Shown here: positions 15,401-31,097 of the stretch, piece by piece
Layout of the letters: each line of letters begins with the position of its first letter
Numbering within the stretch: position 1 is the first letter of the stretch
Assembly (NCBI GenBank): GCA_020137815.1
Contig: CM035351.1
Span: 372,001-436,000, forward strand
Length of the DNA stretch: 64,000 nt
Reading direction: 5' to 3'
DNA from: Hormiphora californensis
Lineage: Eukaryota > Animalia > Ctenophora
The notes under the pieces: generated by a model
Told to the model about the DNA's origin: nothing
Seen by the model: only the letters and a program-made list of their open reading frames with translations
Database searches by the model: none
Position numbers and translations under genes: made by a program

Positions 15401-16087
15401 TCAGATCATATCCTCGAGAAACTCCATGGTACCCATGGTAGTAACGCACAGATCTATATCATCCTTCTTAATAGTCTTCCTCTTGTTTCTAACCGCCACC
15501 CTGGCAGCAGCCGTTGCTAGGGTCTTCACAAATAACTCTGTTGCGAACGCCATGGTAACCACGGCATCATTCTTAACCATTACAGTCTCCGGATCAAACC
15601 TCATAATCTTCTTTATCTTTGAGACGGGTAACTGGGAGACAAGACGAACTCGCTTGTTGCCAGTGGTTACCGGTGGAGCGTTCTCCTTATCATCCAGTGA
15701 AGCAGGTATCGGGTTAATGGATGAGATATCGGGATCATAGGAAACTATTGCAGTGTCCCCCTGGGCGCATGGTATCTCATCGTCTCCTAGCAACCCAGCA
15801 TCGTCTCCTAGCAACCCAGCATCCACACTTTCCATTCCCTCATCTACTACTGGGGTAACATTCTCCCCCGCCTCATCCTGGTCAACATCCTGGTCAGGCT
15901 GATTATAATCAAAGGCATCCTCTATCTCTTCCTCCATATCACGTTCTACTGCCCCCGCCTCCAGGGCCCTGTCAATTGTGTCTAAGGTACGGGGCTGGCT
16001 CACCGCATCTGTCAGAACTGCCTGGGAGGTCTCTCCTAGGGCGTCTACCAATAGGGACTGGGAGGACATGGACATGCTATTATACAT
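15401..16087 (-). CDS. POLE4: Histone-fold protein, POLE4/Dpb3 (NF-YC-like) family, with a long acidic N-terminal extension; intronless
   Basis: LPVSKIKKIMRFDPE...FATELFV...KRKTIKKDDID...MEFLEDMI. CHRAC1 is not excluded; the start may be the ATG at about 16075. Confidence 0.75.
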   Translation of the reverse strand: MYNSMSMSSQSLLVDALGETSQAVLTDAVSQPRTLDTIDRALEAGAVERDMEEEIEDAFDYNQPDQDVDQDEAGENVTPVVDEGMESVDAGLLGDDAGLLGDDEIPCAQGDTAIVSYDPDISSINPIPASLDDKENAPPVTTGNKRVRLVSQLPVSKIKKIMRFDPETVMVKNDAVVTMAFATELFVKTLATAAARVAVRNKRKTIKKDDIDLCVTTMGTMEFLEDMI

Positions 16088-16580
16088 GTGAGGGGGAGGG
16101 GGGATTATACAGGAGTATGGGGGAAGTTGAACATGGGAGAGACATTTACTTCATAGACATGAATCATGTCATGATAGATGATTCAAGAGAGAGAACTGTA
16201 ATTGTATGAACTAAAATAGGTAGACGGGGAAGCCAGGGCGGGTGGTTAAGAAACAGAGAGAAATATAATTGTGCAAGAATTCAAGTAATTTACAAAGCAT
16301 ATATTTTACAGCACACAGTACACACACACATTTCACCATCAATATGAGAGAGGGTCAGTTTCACAGTGAATTTTAGGGGTCAACCAGCATTTGGGACAGA
16401 AATTGTGAGCGGGGCTATTCCTGACCGCCCGTAGGACTATCCCTTGGCCCGTTAGCGACAGTATACAGTCTTTCATAATCCACAACACACAAATAAATTG
16501 TCAATGTCTACCGATCACTGTCTGGCAGTGCCGATCTGAGAATCAAAACGGGACCAGACAGATGAAACACACAGCAGTGT

Positions 16581-17918
16581 TCAAGACCTCGCTCCCTCCA
16601 TAAAGACATGTTTGAGTGGTTTCATAAGGTTAATAATCCCAACACCCTTGCTCCGTAGCGCCACCACTGGTTCCGCAGAGACCCCATATAACCTCTGGAT
16701 AGCGTCAATAAAGGCCAACATGGGCACTGCCAGTCTCTGTTGCTTCGTTTCATACTTGTTCAACACCCGATAATCACCGATATCTACCTCAGGAGAACTC
16801 TCAATAGCGCTGACAAGCTCCCTGACACCCCTGTACCCAATGTTGGCACCTTGCCCAGCTAGAGGATGGACTCTATGGGCAGCATCTCCAACCAGAGCCA
16901 CCCTGGGTCCGACATACCGGGCAGAGTTACTAAAACCAAGGGGAAACTTGGCTCTCGGACCCACCAACTCCGCGATGTTGGGAGAGTGGGGTGTCTCGTG
17001 AAGTAGACCCAGCCCCTCCCAGATATTATCCATGGCAGCCACCACACCAGAGGACCGTGGTTCAGCATGAAGGGCAGCGTTAACCCGACCCACAAACTCC
17101 TCTCCATCCATCTCAGTCAGCTCCTGGGCCATCGAGGTGGAGCAGGACCAGACAAGAGAGTAGAGACCTCCATTACCCAGGGGTAGGAGTGCTATGGGAC
17201 CCCCGGGTAGGAACCTCTGGTAGGCAGTGTCCATGGGACTGGTACCTGGATCACCCTGTAATACACACACAACACCGTGCTGACCATACTTCCAGGACAC
17301 GACAGGCACATCCAGGGTCCGCCTCACCATAGAGTTAGCACCGTCAGCACCAACCACTAAATTAGCAGTGTGTCTCTCCCCGGAATCCAGATCCAGAGAG
17401 ACAGGACCACCAATATCATCTTGTGGCAGGGTCAGCTTTGCGACCCGTTCTCCCCTCCGTGTTTCCACATTGTGTGCTCTGGAGAGGACTGTGTTGGTGG
17501 CCTCCTCCAGGACGTTATTCTCCACGATGTACCCCATGGGTTCAGCGTCAAAACTAATGGCCTGCCGGGACCGGGTCTCCCAGCACTGGATCTTGGTGTA
17601 CAGATGAGATCTCATCTTCTCTACTTCCGACCAGACACCTAGTCGCTGCAGAAACTGCTGTGTACCGACAGTGACGTTTATAACTCGCAAATTGAACGGG
17701 TCGGAACTGTCAAAGGGGGCAGGTTCTTTGACCGCCTCATCGAGGAACAGGATGGATTTACCCTCCATACGTTCTAGGAGAGAGAGGGACGTTGCAGCCG
17801 CAGTTCCAATTAGACCCCCACCAATGACTACCGCGTCATAATGGGCAGGCCTCTTAGAGGACAGACAGCTGCTGGGTAGCATGCATGATGAGGTGAGGAT
17901 ACGTCTGGATAACAGCAT
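16581..17918 (-). CDS. COQ6: Ubiquinone biosynthesis monooxygenase COQ6, copy 1 (intronless)
   Basis: IGGGLIG, LVVGADGANSMVR, AYQRFLPGGPIALLPL, FPLG, RVALVGDAAHRVHPLAGQGANIG; N-terminus resembles a mitochondrial leader. Confidence 0.93.
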   Translation of the reverse strand: MLLSRRILTSSCMLPSSCLSSKRPAHYDAVVIGGGLIGTAAATSLSLLERMEGKSILFLDEAVKEPAPFDSSDPFNLRVINVTVGTQQFLQRLGVWSEVEKMRSHLYTKIQCWETRSRQAISFDAEPMGYIVENNVLEEATNTVLSRAHNVETRRGERVAKLTLPQDDIGGPVSLDLDSGERHTANLVVGADGANSMVRRTLDVPVVSWKYGQHGVVCVLQGDPGTSPMDTAYQRFLPGGPIALLPLGNGGLYSLVWSCSTSMAQELTEMDGEEFVGRVNAALHAEPRSSGVVAAMDNIWEGLGLLHETPHSPNIAELVGPRAKFPLGFSNSARYVGPRVALVGDAAHRVHPLAGQGANIGYRGVRELVSAIESSPEVDIGDYRVLNKYETKQQRLAVPMLAFIDAIQRLYGVSAEPVVALRSKGVGIINLMKPLKHVFMEGARS

Positions 17919-17955
17919 ATTACATGTGCTAAAGAGAGGGGTACGTGGTTTGGGA

Positions 17956-18024
<69 letters not shown>

Positions 18025-18141
18025 AACTAGAGAGAGGTACGTGGTTTTGGACGGTTGGCAGAGAGAGAGAGAGAGTGAGAGAGAGAGAGAACTAGAGATA
18101 GAGACCACTGAGAGAGAAAGAGAGAGAAAGAGAGAGAGAGG

Positions 18142-18272
18142 GCCTCTAGGGCCCTGTCAATTGTGTCTAGGGTACGGGGCTGGCTCACCGCATCTGTCAG
18201 AACTGCCTGGGAGGTCTCTCCTAGGGCGTCTACCAATAGGGACTGGGAGGACATGGACATGAGCTATTATAC
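18142..18272 (-). pseudogene. 5' fragment of the POLE4-like gene at the duplication breakpoint
   Basis: Near-identical to 15957-16087; runs into a (CT)n tract. Confidence 0.85.
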
Positions 18273-18746
18273 ATGGGGGAGGGGAGTTATACAGGAGTAT
18301 GGGGGAAGTTGAACATGGGAGAGACATTTAGTTCATAGACATGATAGATGATTCAAGAGAGAGAACTGTAATTGAACTAAAATAGGTAGACGGGGAGGCC
18401 AGGGCGGGTGGTTAAGAAATGGAGAGAAATATAATTGTGCAAGAATTCAAGTAATTTACAAAGCATATATTTTACAGCACACAGTACACACACACATTTC
18501 ACCATCAATATGAGAGAGGGTCAGTTTCACAGTGAATTTTAGGGGTCAACCAGCATTTGGGACAGAAATTGTGAGCGGGGCTATTCCTGACCGCCCGTAG
18601 GACTATCCCTTGGCCCGTTAGCGACAGTATACAGTCTTTCATAATCCACAACACACAAATAAATTGTCAATGTCTACCGATCACTGTCTGGCAGTGCCGA
18701 TCTGAGAATCAAAACGGGACCAGACAGATGAAACACACAGCAGTGT

Positions 18747-20084
18747 TCAAGACCTCGCTCCCTCCATAAAGACATGTTTGAGTGGTTTCATAAGGTTAAT
18801 AATCCCAACACCCTTGCTCCGTAGCGCCACCACTGGTTCCGCAGAGACCCCATATAACCTCTGGATAGCGTCAATAAAGGCCAACATGGGCACTGCCAGT
18901 CTCTGTTGCTTCGTTTCATACTTGTTCAACACCCGATAATCACCGATATCTAACTCAGGAGAACTCTCAATAGCGCTGACAAGCTCCCTCACTCCCCTGT
19001 ACCCAATATTGGCACCTTGCCCAGCCAGAGGATGGACTCTATGGGCTGCATCTCCAACCAAAGCCACCCTGGGTCCGACATACCGGGCAGAGTTACTAAA
19101 ACCAAGGGGGAACTTGGCTCTGGGGCCCACCAACTCCGCGATGTTGGGAGAGTGGGGTGTCTCGTGAAGGAGACCCAGCCCCTCCCAGATATTATCCATA
19201 GCAGCTACAACACCAGAGGACCGGGGTTCAGCATGGAGGGCAGCGTTAACCCTCCCTACAAACTCATCTCCATCCATATCAGTCAGCTCCTGGGCCATTG
19301 ATGTGGAGCAAGACCACACAAGGGAGTAGAGACCACCATTACCCAGGGGTAGGAGTGCGATAGGGCCCCCGGGTAGGAACCTCTGGTATGCAGTGTCCAT
19401 GGGACTGGTACCTGGATCACCCTGTAATACACACACCACCCCGTGCTGACCATACTTCCAGGACACAACAGGCACATCCAGGGTCCGCCTCACCATAGAG
19501 TTAGCACCGTCTGCACCAACCACTAAATTAGCGGTGTGACTCTTCCCGGACTCCAGATCTAGAGACACAGGACCACGAAGATCATCTTGGGGCAGGGTCA
19601 GCTTTGCAACCCGTTCTCCCCTCCTTGTTTCCACATTATGTGCTCTGGAGAGGACTGTGTTAGTGGCCTCCTCCAGAATATTGTTTTCCACGATATACCC
19701 CATGGGGTCAGCGTCAAAACTAATGGCCTGCCGGGACCGGGTCTCCCAGCACTGGATCTTGGTGTACAAGTGAGATCTCATCTTCTCTACCTCCGACCAG
19801 ACACCAAGTCGCTGCAGAAACTGCTGTGTGCCGACCGTGACATTTATAACTCTTAAATTGAACGGGTCAGAACTGTCGAAGGGGGCAGGTTCTTTGACCG
19901 CCTCATCGAGGAACAGGATGGATTTACCCTCCATACGGTCAATGAGAGAGAGGGAAGTTGCAGCCGCAGTTCCAATTAGACCCCCACCAATGACTACCGC
20001 GTCGTAATGGGCCGGCCTCTTAGAGGACAGACAGCTGCTGGGTAGCATACATGATGAGGTGAGGATACGTCTGGATAACAGCAT
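18747..20084 (-). CDS. COQ6: Ubiquinone biosynthesis monooxygenase COQ6, copy 2
   Basis: 445 aa, with about a dozen amino-acid differences from copy 1. Confidence 0.93.
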   Translation of the reverse strand: MLLSRRILTSSCMLPSSCLSSKRPAHYDAVVIGGGLIGTAAATSLSLIDRMEGKSILFLDEAVKEPAPFDSSDPFNLRVINVTVGTQQFLQRLGVWSEVEKMRSHLYTKIQCWETRSRQAISFDADPMGYIVENNILEEATNTVLSRAHNVETRRGERVAKLTLPQDDLRGPVSLDLESGKSHTANLVVGADGANSMVRRTLDVPVVSWKYGQHGVVCVLQGDPGTSPMDTAYQRFLPGGPIALLPLGNGGLYSLVWSCSTSMAQELTDMDGDEFVGRVNAALHAEPRSSGVVAAMDNIWEGLGLLHETPHSPNIAELVGPRAKFPLGFSNSARYVGPRVALVGDAAHRVHPLAGQGANIGYRGVRELVSAIESSPELDIGDYRVLNKYETKQQRLAVPMLAFIDAIQRLYGVSAEPVVALRSKGVGIINLMKPLKHVFMEGARS

Positions 20085-20128
20085 ATTACATGTGCTAAAT
20101 AGAGAGAGGTACGTGGTTTGGAAGGGTT

Positions 20129-20298
<170 letters not shown>

Positions 20299-20852
20299 AG
20301 AGAACTAGAGATAAGGACGGGATTTTGAGGGTTGACATGGGCTAGGGAGAGAGGTACGTGGTTTGAGACGGTTGGCTGAGAGAGAGGGGGAGAGAGAACT
20401 AGAGAGAGGTACGTGGTTTGGGACGGTGGGCAGAGAGAGAGAGAGAACTAGAGATAGAGACCACTGAGAGAGAGGGAGAGATACCACTGACACAAAAAAC
20501 ACAGAACACAGAAATCAGCTACGACGAGCAATGACAACGAGAGAGACAGGAAGAAAACATGACAGAAGAAAACAAGACAGGGCCCAGGGGGAAACAAGAC
20601 AGTAGTCACCTGACCCGCTCTCGCACTTTGTACTGTGCTATCAAAGAGAGGTCAGGAACGGAGATACACTTCACATTTTATGAATTGGCTTGTTTTGGGT
20701 AGGGGGAGTTATCAGGCGTCGGTCCTGACCTCTCTTCGACTTCGCAGATAGCGCGGCGAGTGGGTGTCAGGCGACGCCTGCCAACTTGATTGGACACAAA
20801 ATGAAATGGACTCAGTTTCGGTTGTTGTAAAAACTAAAAAGAACAAAGAAAT

Positions 20853-21607
20853 CTATTTCTTAGCTTGGGCTTTGAGCACTCGTGCCACGACCTTCTGCTC
20901 TTCGATCAGGAACGCCCTGATGATTCGACTTCTGACGCAACCGCTGCATTTGGTTCCTGGGAGGGAGGGAGATGTGGTTAGATTCGATGTATTGAGTTGA
21001 TAGTCTCTCTTGTGCAAGAACAGGGCATGTCAATTAATCACACCGGGATCACACCTTGTTCATTGACAAACTGTTAGCTTCTTACGTAAGAGAACAGTTT
21101 GAGGGGCCCCCAGTTTGAGCATATATAACTCTTAATTATGGGTGTCTAGACAATCCCAAATATACTCAATAACTCTCTCTTTCTCACCTCCGTAGGCCCT
21201 GGAGACGGACTTGACTCGTCGGGAGAGTCCAGCGAGTTTGGTGGGTCGGACAGCGGGGACACCCCTCAGATCACGCTTGCAGTCACCACACTTGGTCATA
21301 CCAGTCTTCTTCTTGGCGTACATGATCACCAACTTACCACCTGGAATAGAGTGGGGAGTCAAGAGAAGGAATCAGATAATCAAAAGAGGGAGTTAGATAC
21401 TCGGCTAGTCAAAGCTGGAGAGAGTCAAGAGGGTTATATGATTGCCCCCGGTGCAATCATGGATCAACAACATATAACCATGTAACGGAAACAGTTATCG
21501 CTCCATCGAAGAAACTAAATTTAACCTGGAGTTTTGTTGAGCCTGACTTTGTTGCTCTTGGTGTTGTAGGACAGGCGGCGCCTGTAGGTGACACGGTTAA
21601 GGACCAT
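20853..21607 (-). CDS. RPL34: 60S ribosomal protein L34 (eL34), 3 exons
   Basis: MVLNRVTYRRRLSYNTKSNKVRLNKTPG|GKLVIMY...KCGDC...L.GV...VSRAYGG|TKCSGCVRSRIIRAFLIEEQKVVARVLKAQAKK*. Confidence 0.96.
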
Positions 21608-21997
21608 GGCTATAACAGGAATAGAAGGTTTGTTAGAGATTAGGTACCGATAAGATATGGGGGAAAATAAAGGTAGTATATTAGGGAGAGAGCGGGATAC
21701 ACTAGCTAAATAGTACACAGAGATATATAACGGAATACTATAACACATGTTCAGACAAATATTAACTCTTTAGGGGGAATCCCCCGGTAAAACACACACA
21801 ATCATGCAACGAACTCTCCTGAAGTAGAAAAACTTAAAAATTGTACTGGAAATGTATATTTTGCAAATACGCAATTTAATAAGAAAATAAGAAATAACAC
21901 GACAAAAACACACAATTGTTGTCTTTTCCACGGCGTATACACATGTTCATCTCTGGCCATAATTTCACAGAATAACCACCACCACCACAGTTAAATA

Positions 21998-23182
21998 TTA
22001 AAGCTGTTCAGATTGATTCAGGATCAGCTCCCTCCACCACTTCTTCATCAATAAACGCAGTCGCATCCTCTGAGGCAAGACTGAGACGTCTGGAGTAACC
22101 CCTGGGAAATTCAGTTTCAGTCAACTTGATTCTATCATTTTCAACAAAACTTGATTTCTGGCAGCTGAAGGTCTAAACCCGGTCTTAACAAAGCTAAATG
22201 TTTGATGATTCTCACCTGGCTATTTGGAAGAGGTAGAAAGCCCATTTGAAGGTGAGAAGACCCCACATTGCCAATATGTAGTGGCTTTCCAGGACAAAAT
22301 CTGCGGAGAGAAACCAAATTATAAACCAATCTATTAGAAAACCTATCGTTCTTGGACGGGAAGGGTTCCTAAACACGTACCGCCACATACACCTACCTTC
22401 TGCTGAAGAGATAGCAGTGGCAAGACAGTACATGGTGAGACCGAGAGAGAATACCATACCCAGAACAGCCACTAGCAGGAGGGCAGGCATCAGTTGTGTG
22501 AGAGTTGAGTTGGGGTTAGGACGTAGGTTGGATCTCAGTGCCGAGATGTGGAGGATCGCTACAATTGTACAGTAGAGTGCCTTGATAAACGCCCACGTGG
22601 CAAGCTGTGGGGAGAGGAGTGGAGTTATTGGTTGTGTTTCCGAAGATAATATGTTGTATGTCATTTTATCGAAAGTAGACATTGGTCTTTACTTTCGATA
22701 AACCCGCATACAAAAATTTAATCTAGATGGTTACTTCTACCCCACCCCATCACTTGAGTCATTTAAACGGCGAAGGAGCTGTCAAGCTATTCAATTCCAG
22801 CCTTATAATCTTGACAAAGACTTCCAATAAATCAGGTACTTAAGGCATTCTGATCATATCTTTATCTCAGCACCGCGACAAAATAACTTAAGTGGCGGGG
22901 AAGTGTATGTGCTTTCTTAGTACACCTTTTACTACTACAATAGAATTTAGCAGCCTGTCTAGTCTAGTTACGGTTGATAACATCCCATTCACTGCTCCCT
23001 ACAGAATCTTTGTATCTCACCATCCTGGTACGAACAACCAAGATGAGACCCCCCAAATCTCTCACCTGGTAGACGTGATAGACGATAGCGAAGATAAGGG
23101 CTCCTGAAAAAGATGCAAGGGCTGATACAACGGCATAACCGAGGATTAATTTAACTCGCGTCTCCCTAGAGGGATACACCAT
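21998..23182 (-). CDS. SLC48A1: Heme transporter HRG1-like 4-TM protein, 4 exons
   Basis: Four hydrophobic segments, a His in TM2, and SHYILAMWGLLTFKWAFYL resembling HRG1 SYYLSSVWSFISFKWAFLL; C-terminal GYSRR plus an acidic/dileucine-like tail. Confidence 0.72.
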
Positions 23183-23560
23183 GGCTAGAACAGGAAGGAA
23201 TGGTTAGTTGTTGTAGAGATATTTGGTAAGGGTTGGGTATTAGATGGGTGATTAATTAGACTCAGATATTTCAAAAAGTTAAAAACAAACAAGATGAGGG
23301 TTGAACAATTCAAGAAACATCCTCCTCCTCCTCCCTTTTGTTGAGTCTCCTCGTGTCTACCTCAGCTTGTGGAATAAAGCCAAATCGTATTCTATCTTGA
23401 TGACTGGTTCAACAGTGGATGGTCCGGGTATAGCGCCAGCAAGGGCACTCTGAATGGTGGCTCCACCAAGATGGGAGGATGAGGAAGCTGGGGTGTAGAG
23501 AGGCATCATATCATTGTAAAGTTCAAGAAACATCCTCCATTTTGTTGAGTCTCCTGGTGT

Positions 23561-23731
23561 CTACCTGAGCTTCTGGAATCCAATGCTCTTGGAGTACTGC
23601 TGGAAGCACTGTCGGCACATGTCAAGTCCGTATTTCCGGATCAGACCGTGGGGGTTGCCGCACACTCGGCAAGTTCTGGATCCGGGTCCGTATTTTCGGG
23701 GGTGGGAGTACCAGACATCGTTGTGGCCCAT
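23561..23731 (-). CDS. RPS29: 40S ribosomal protein S29 (uS14), intronless CDS, 56 aa (below the ORF-track cutoff)
   Basis: [56 protein letters not shown]. Confidence 0.96.
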   Translation of the reverse strand: MGHNDVWYSHPRKYGPGSRTCRVCGNPHGLIRKYGLDMCRQCFQQYSKSIGFQKLR

Positions 23732-23975
23732 GGTGAAGTAGGAGACTTGCTAGAGAAGGGAGGTTGGTTAGATAGTTTGAGGAAGTGGAGTTGAGAGAGT
23801 GGGTGGTTGAGAGGTTTTGGGGTCAGGGAGGAGAGAAATAGAACGTGCATAATGGCAATTAAATATATTTAATTTACAAATGTCAAAATGTATATATAAA
23901 TGTGGTGCAAGAATGGTAAAATAAATTCTGAAACTGACATAAAAATAATGCAAAAGACGTGGGAAAGGTATTCAA

Positions 23976-29773
<5,798 letters not shown>

Positions 29774-29845
29774 CTCCCATGACTCTTGAGTAAGTGAAGG
29801 AAAGCATAATTTAGTTATTTAGAGCTCTGTTCCGTTCTTACACGG

Positions 29846-30121
29846 CGTCATACACATTTTTATTTGGAATTTCTATCTGGGATTTCTATTTGGAATTTCT
29901 ATCTGGAAGAACCGCACGTGCAGATGCGCCGCGCCGCGGCTCAAGTTCACGTGCGAGATTAAAGAGAGAGACGCACATTAACGTTGTACGTTTGTCTCTC
30001 ACTCTCCCTTGAAAACCCGCACGTGCAGATGCGCCGCGCCGCGGCTCAAATTCACGTGCGTGTTATACAGATTCTGACAGAAAATACGAGGACAAAATTC
30101 CATATAAAAATGTGTATGACG
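29846..30121. promoter_or_regulatory. Inverted-repeat-bounded element upstream of RECQL4 with a duplicated GC-rich E-box module
   Basis: IRs CGTCATACACATTTTTATxTGGAATTT at both ends; two copies of CCGCACGTGCAGATGCGCCGCGCCGCGGCTCAAxTTCACGTGCG (four CACGTG). A regulatory role is inference. Confidence 0.5.
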
Positions 30122-31097
30122 GACTGTTAGAGGTGGGCTTAGAGCTACAAAATCACGAAAAGAGTGGTTTGAAGAAAAATTTGTCGAACGACCGAAAAAA
30201 AAAAATCTGGAACGTGATTTAAAAATTACATCTCATTCTGTCGCGCGCGTTGAATTGCCGCGTAAAAGTAATTATTTTCGCGCGTTACTGCTTTTAAAAT
30301 TTTGAAGAAATGACTCGGATCTTGAGAACGCGGATACGGTTCTGTCTCCTCAGAAGTACCTTGGTCTCACTGAGGGGCACGAGGAAAAAGTTCACGACTC
30401 CACCTCCCATCGCAATGTGTGATTTTACTGACTGACTTTTTATTTGTAATATTTATTGTTTATTTGAGTGAGTGATTTTAAGATTTATTTATTTATTACT
30501 AACCCCAACACCGGGGGCAAATGATCGAACCCAATGTGAATGAGACTCATCGCGATTAACTCTTCATACGGTTACCCCCTTTCTCTCTTCGGCAGCTTCT
30601 CTTCGGCTGTCGGAAAGTGATGCCAATCGGTGTTGGGGTTAAGAAACTCGGATCTTGCAGTGAAAAGAAAAAAGTCCAGACTTTCGAAAAAAGTTTTTCA
30701 AAAAAAAGTTTTAAAAGTTTTAAAACTTTGAAAACTGAAAAGTGCTGCCTTATCCCTGTTTGCCAACGCGTCCATGGACTTTCCAAGCGCTCTCAGATTG
30801 TTAAAATCATCGTGAAAACGTCAGTAACTGGATCCTGCTCACAGGGGCTCTGCCCTATAACACCCCGCGTGGCCTGTGCCCATGAGCTCTGGCCTTTACT
30901 TGTGGAGGGGTTCACCCACGGCTCCTGGCTGCTATATCAGGCTCCAGAAGCATGGGACACACTGTGCGGGAGGGCGGAGGCTCAGCTCCTTCCCTGTAAA
31001 AAAACGTTTTTGTCTGTCAAAATTGAATGGCACTCTTCAGTTATCGACCCCATTCGGTGATCCAACAACCAACGTTAATTTCCAATTTTAGCTATAC

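Noticed and set aside
16581-20084. Intronless COQ6 as a bacterial UbiH/UbiI horizontal transfer
   Set aside because: It has a mitochondrial-leader-like N-terminus and the eukaryotic COQ6 insertion and motifs; other clearly native genes here are also intronless.
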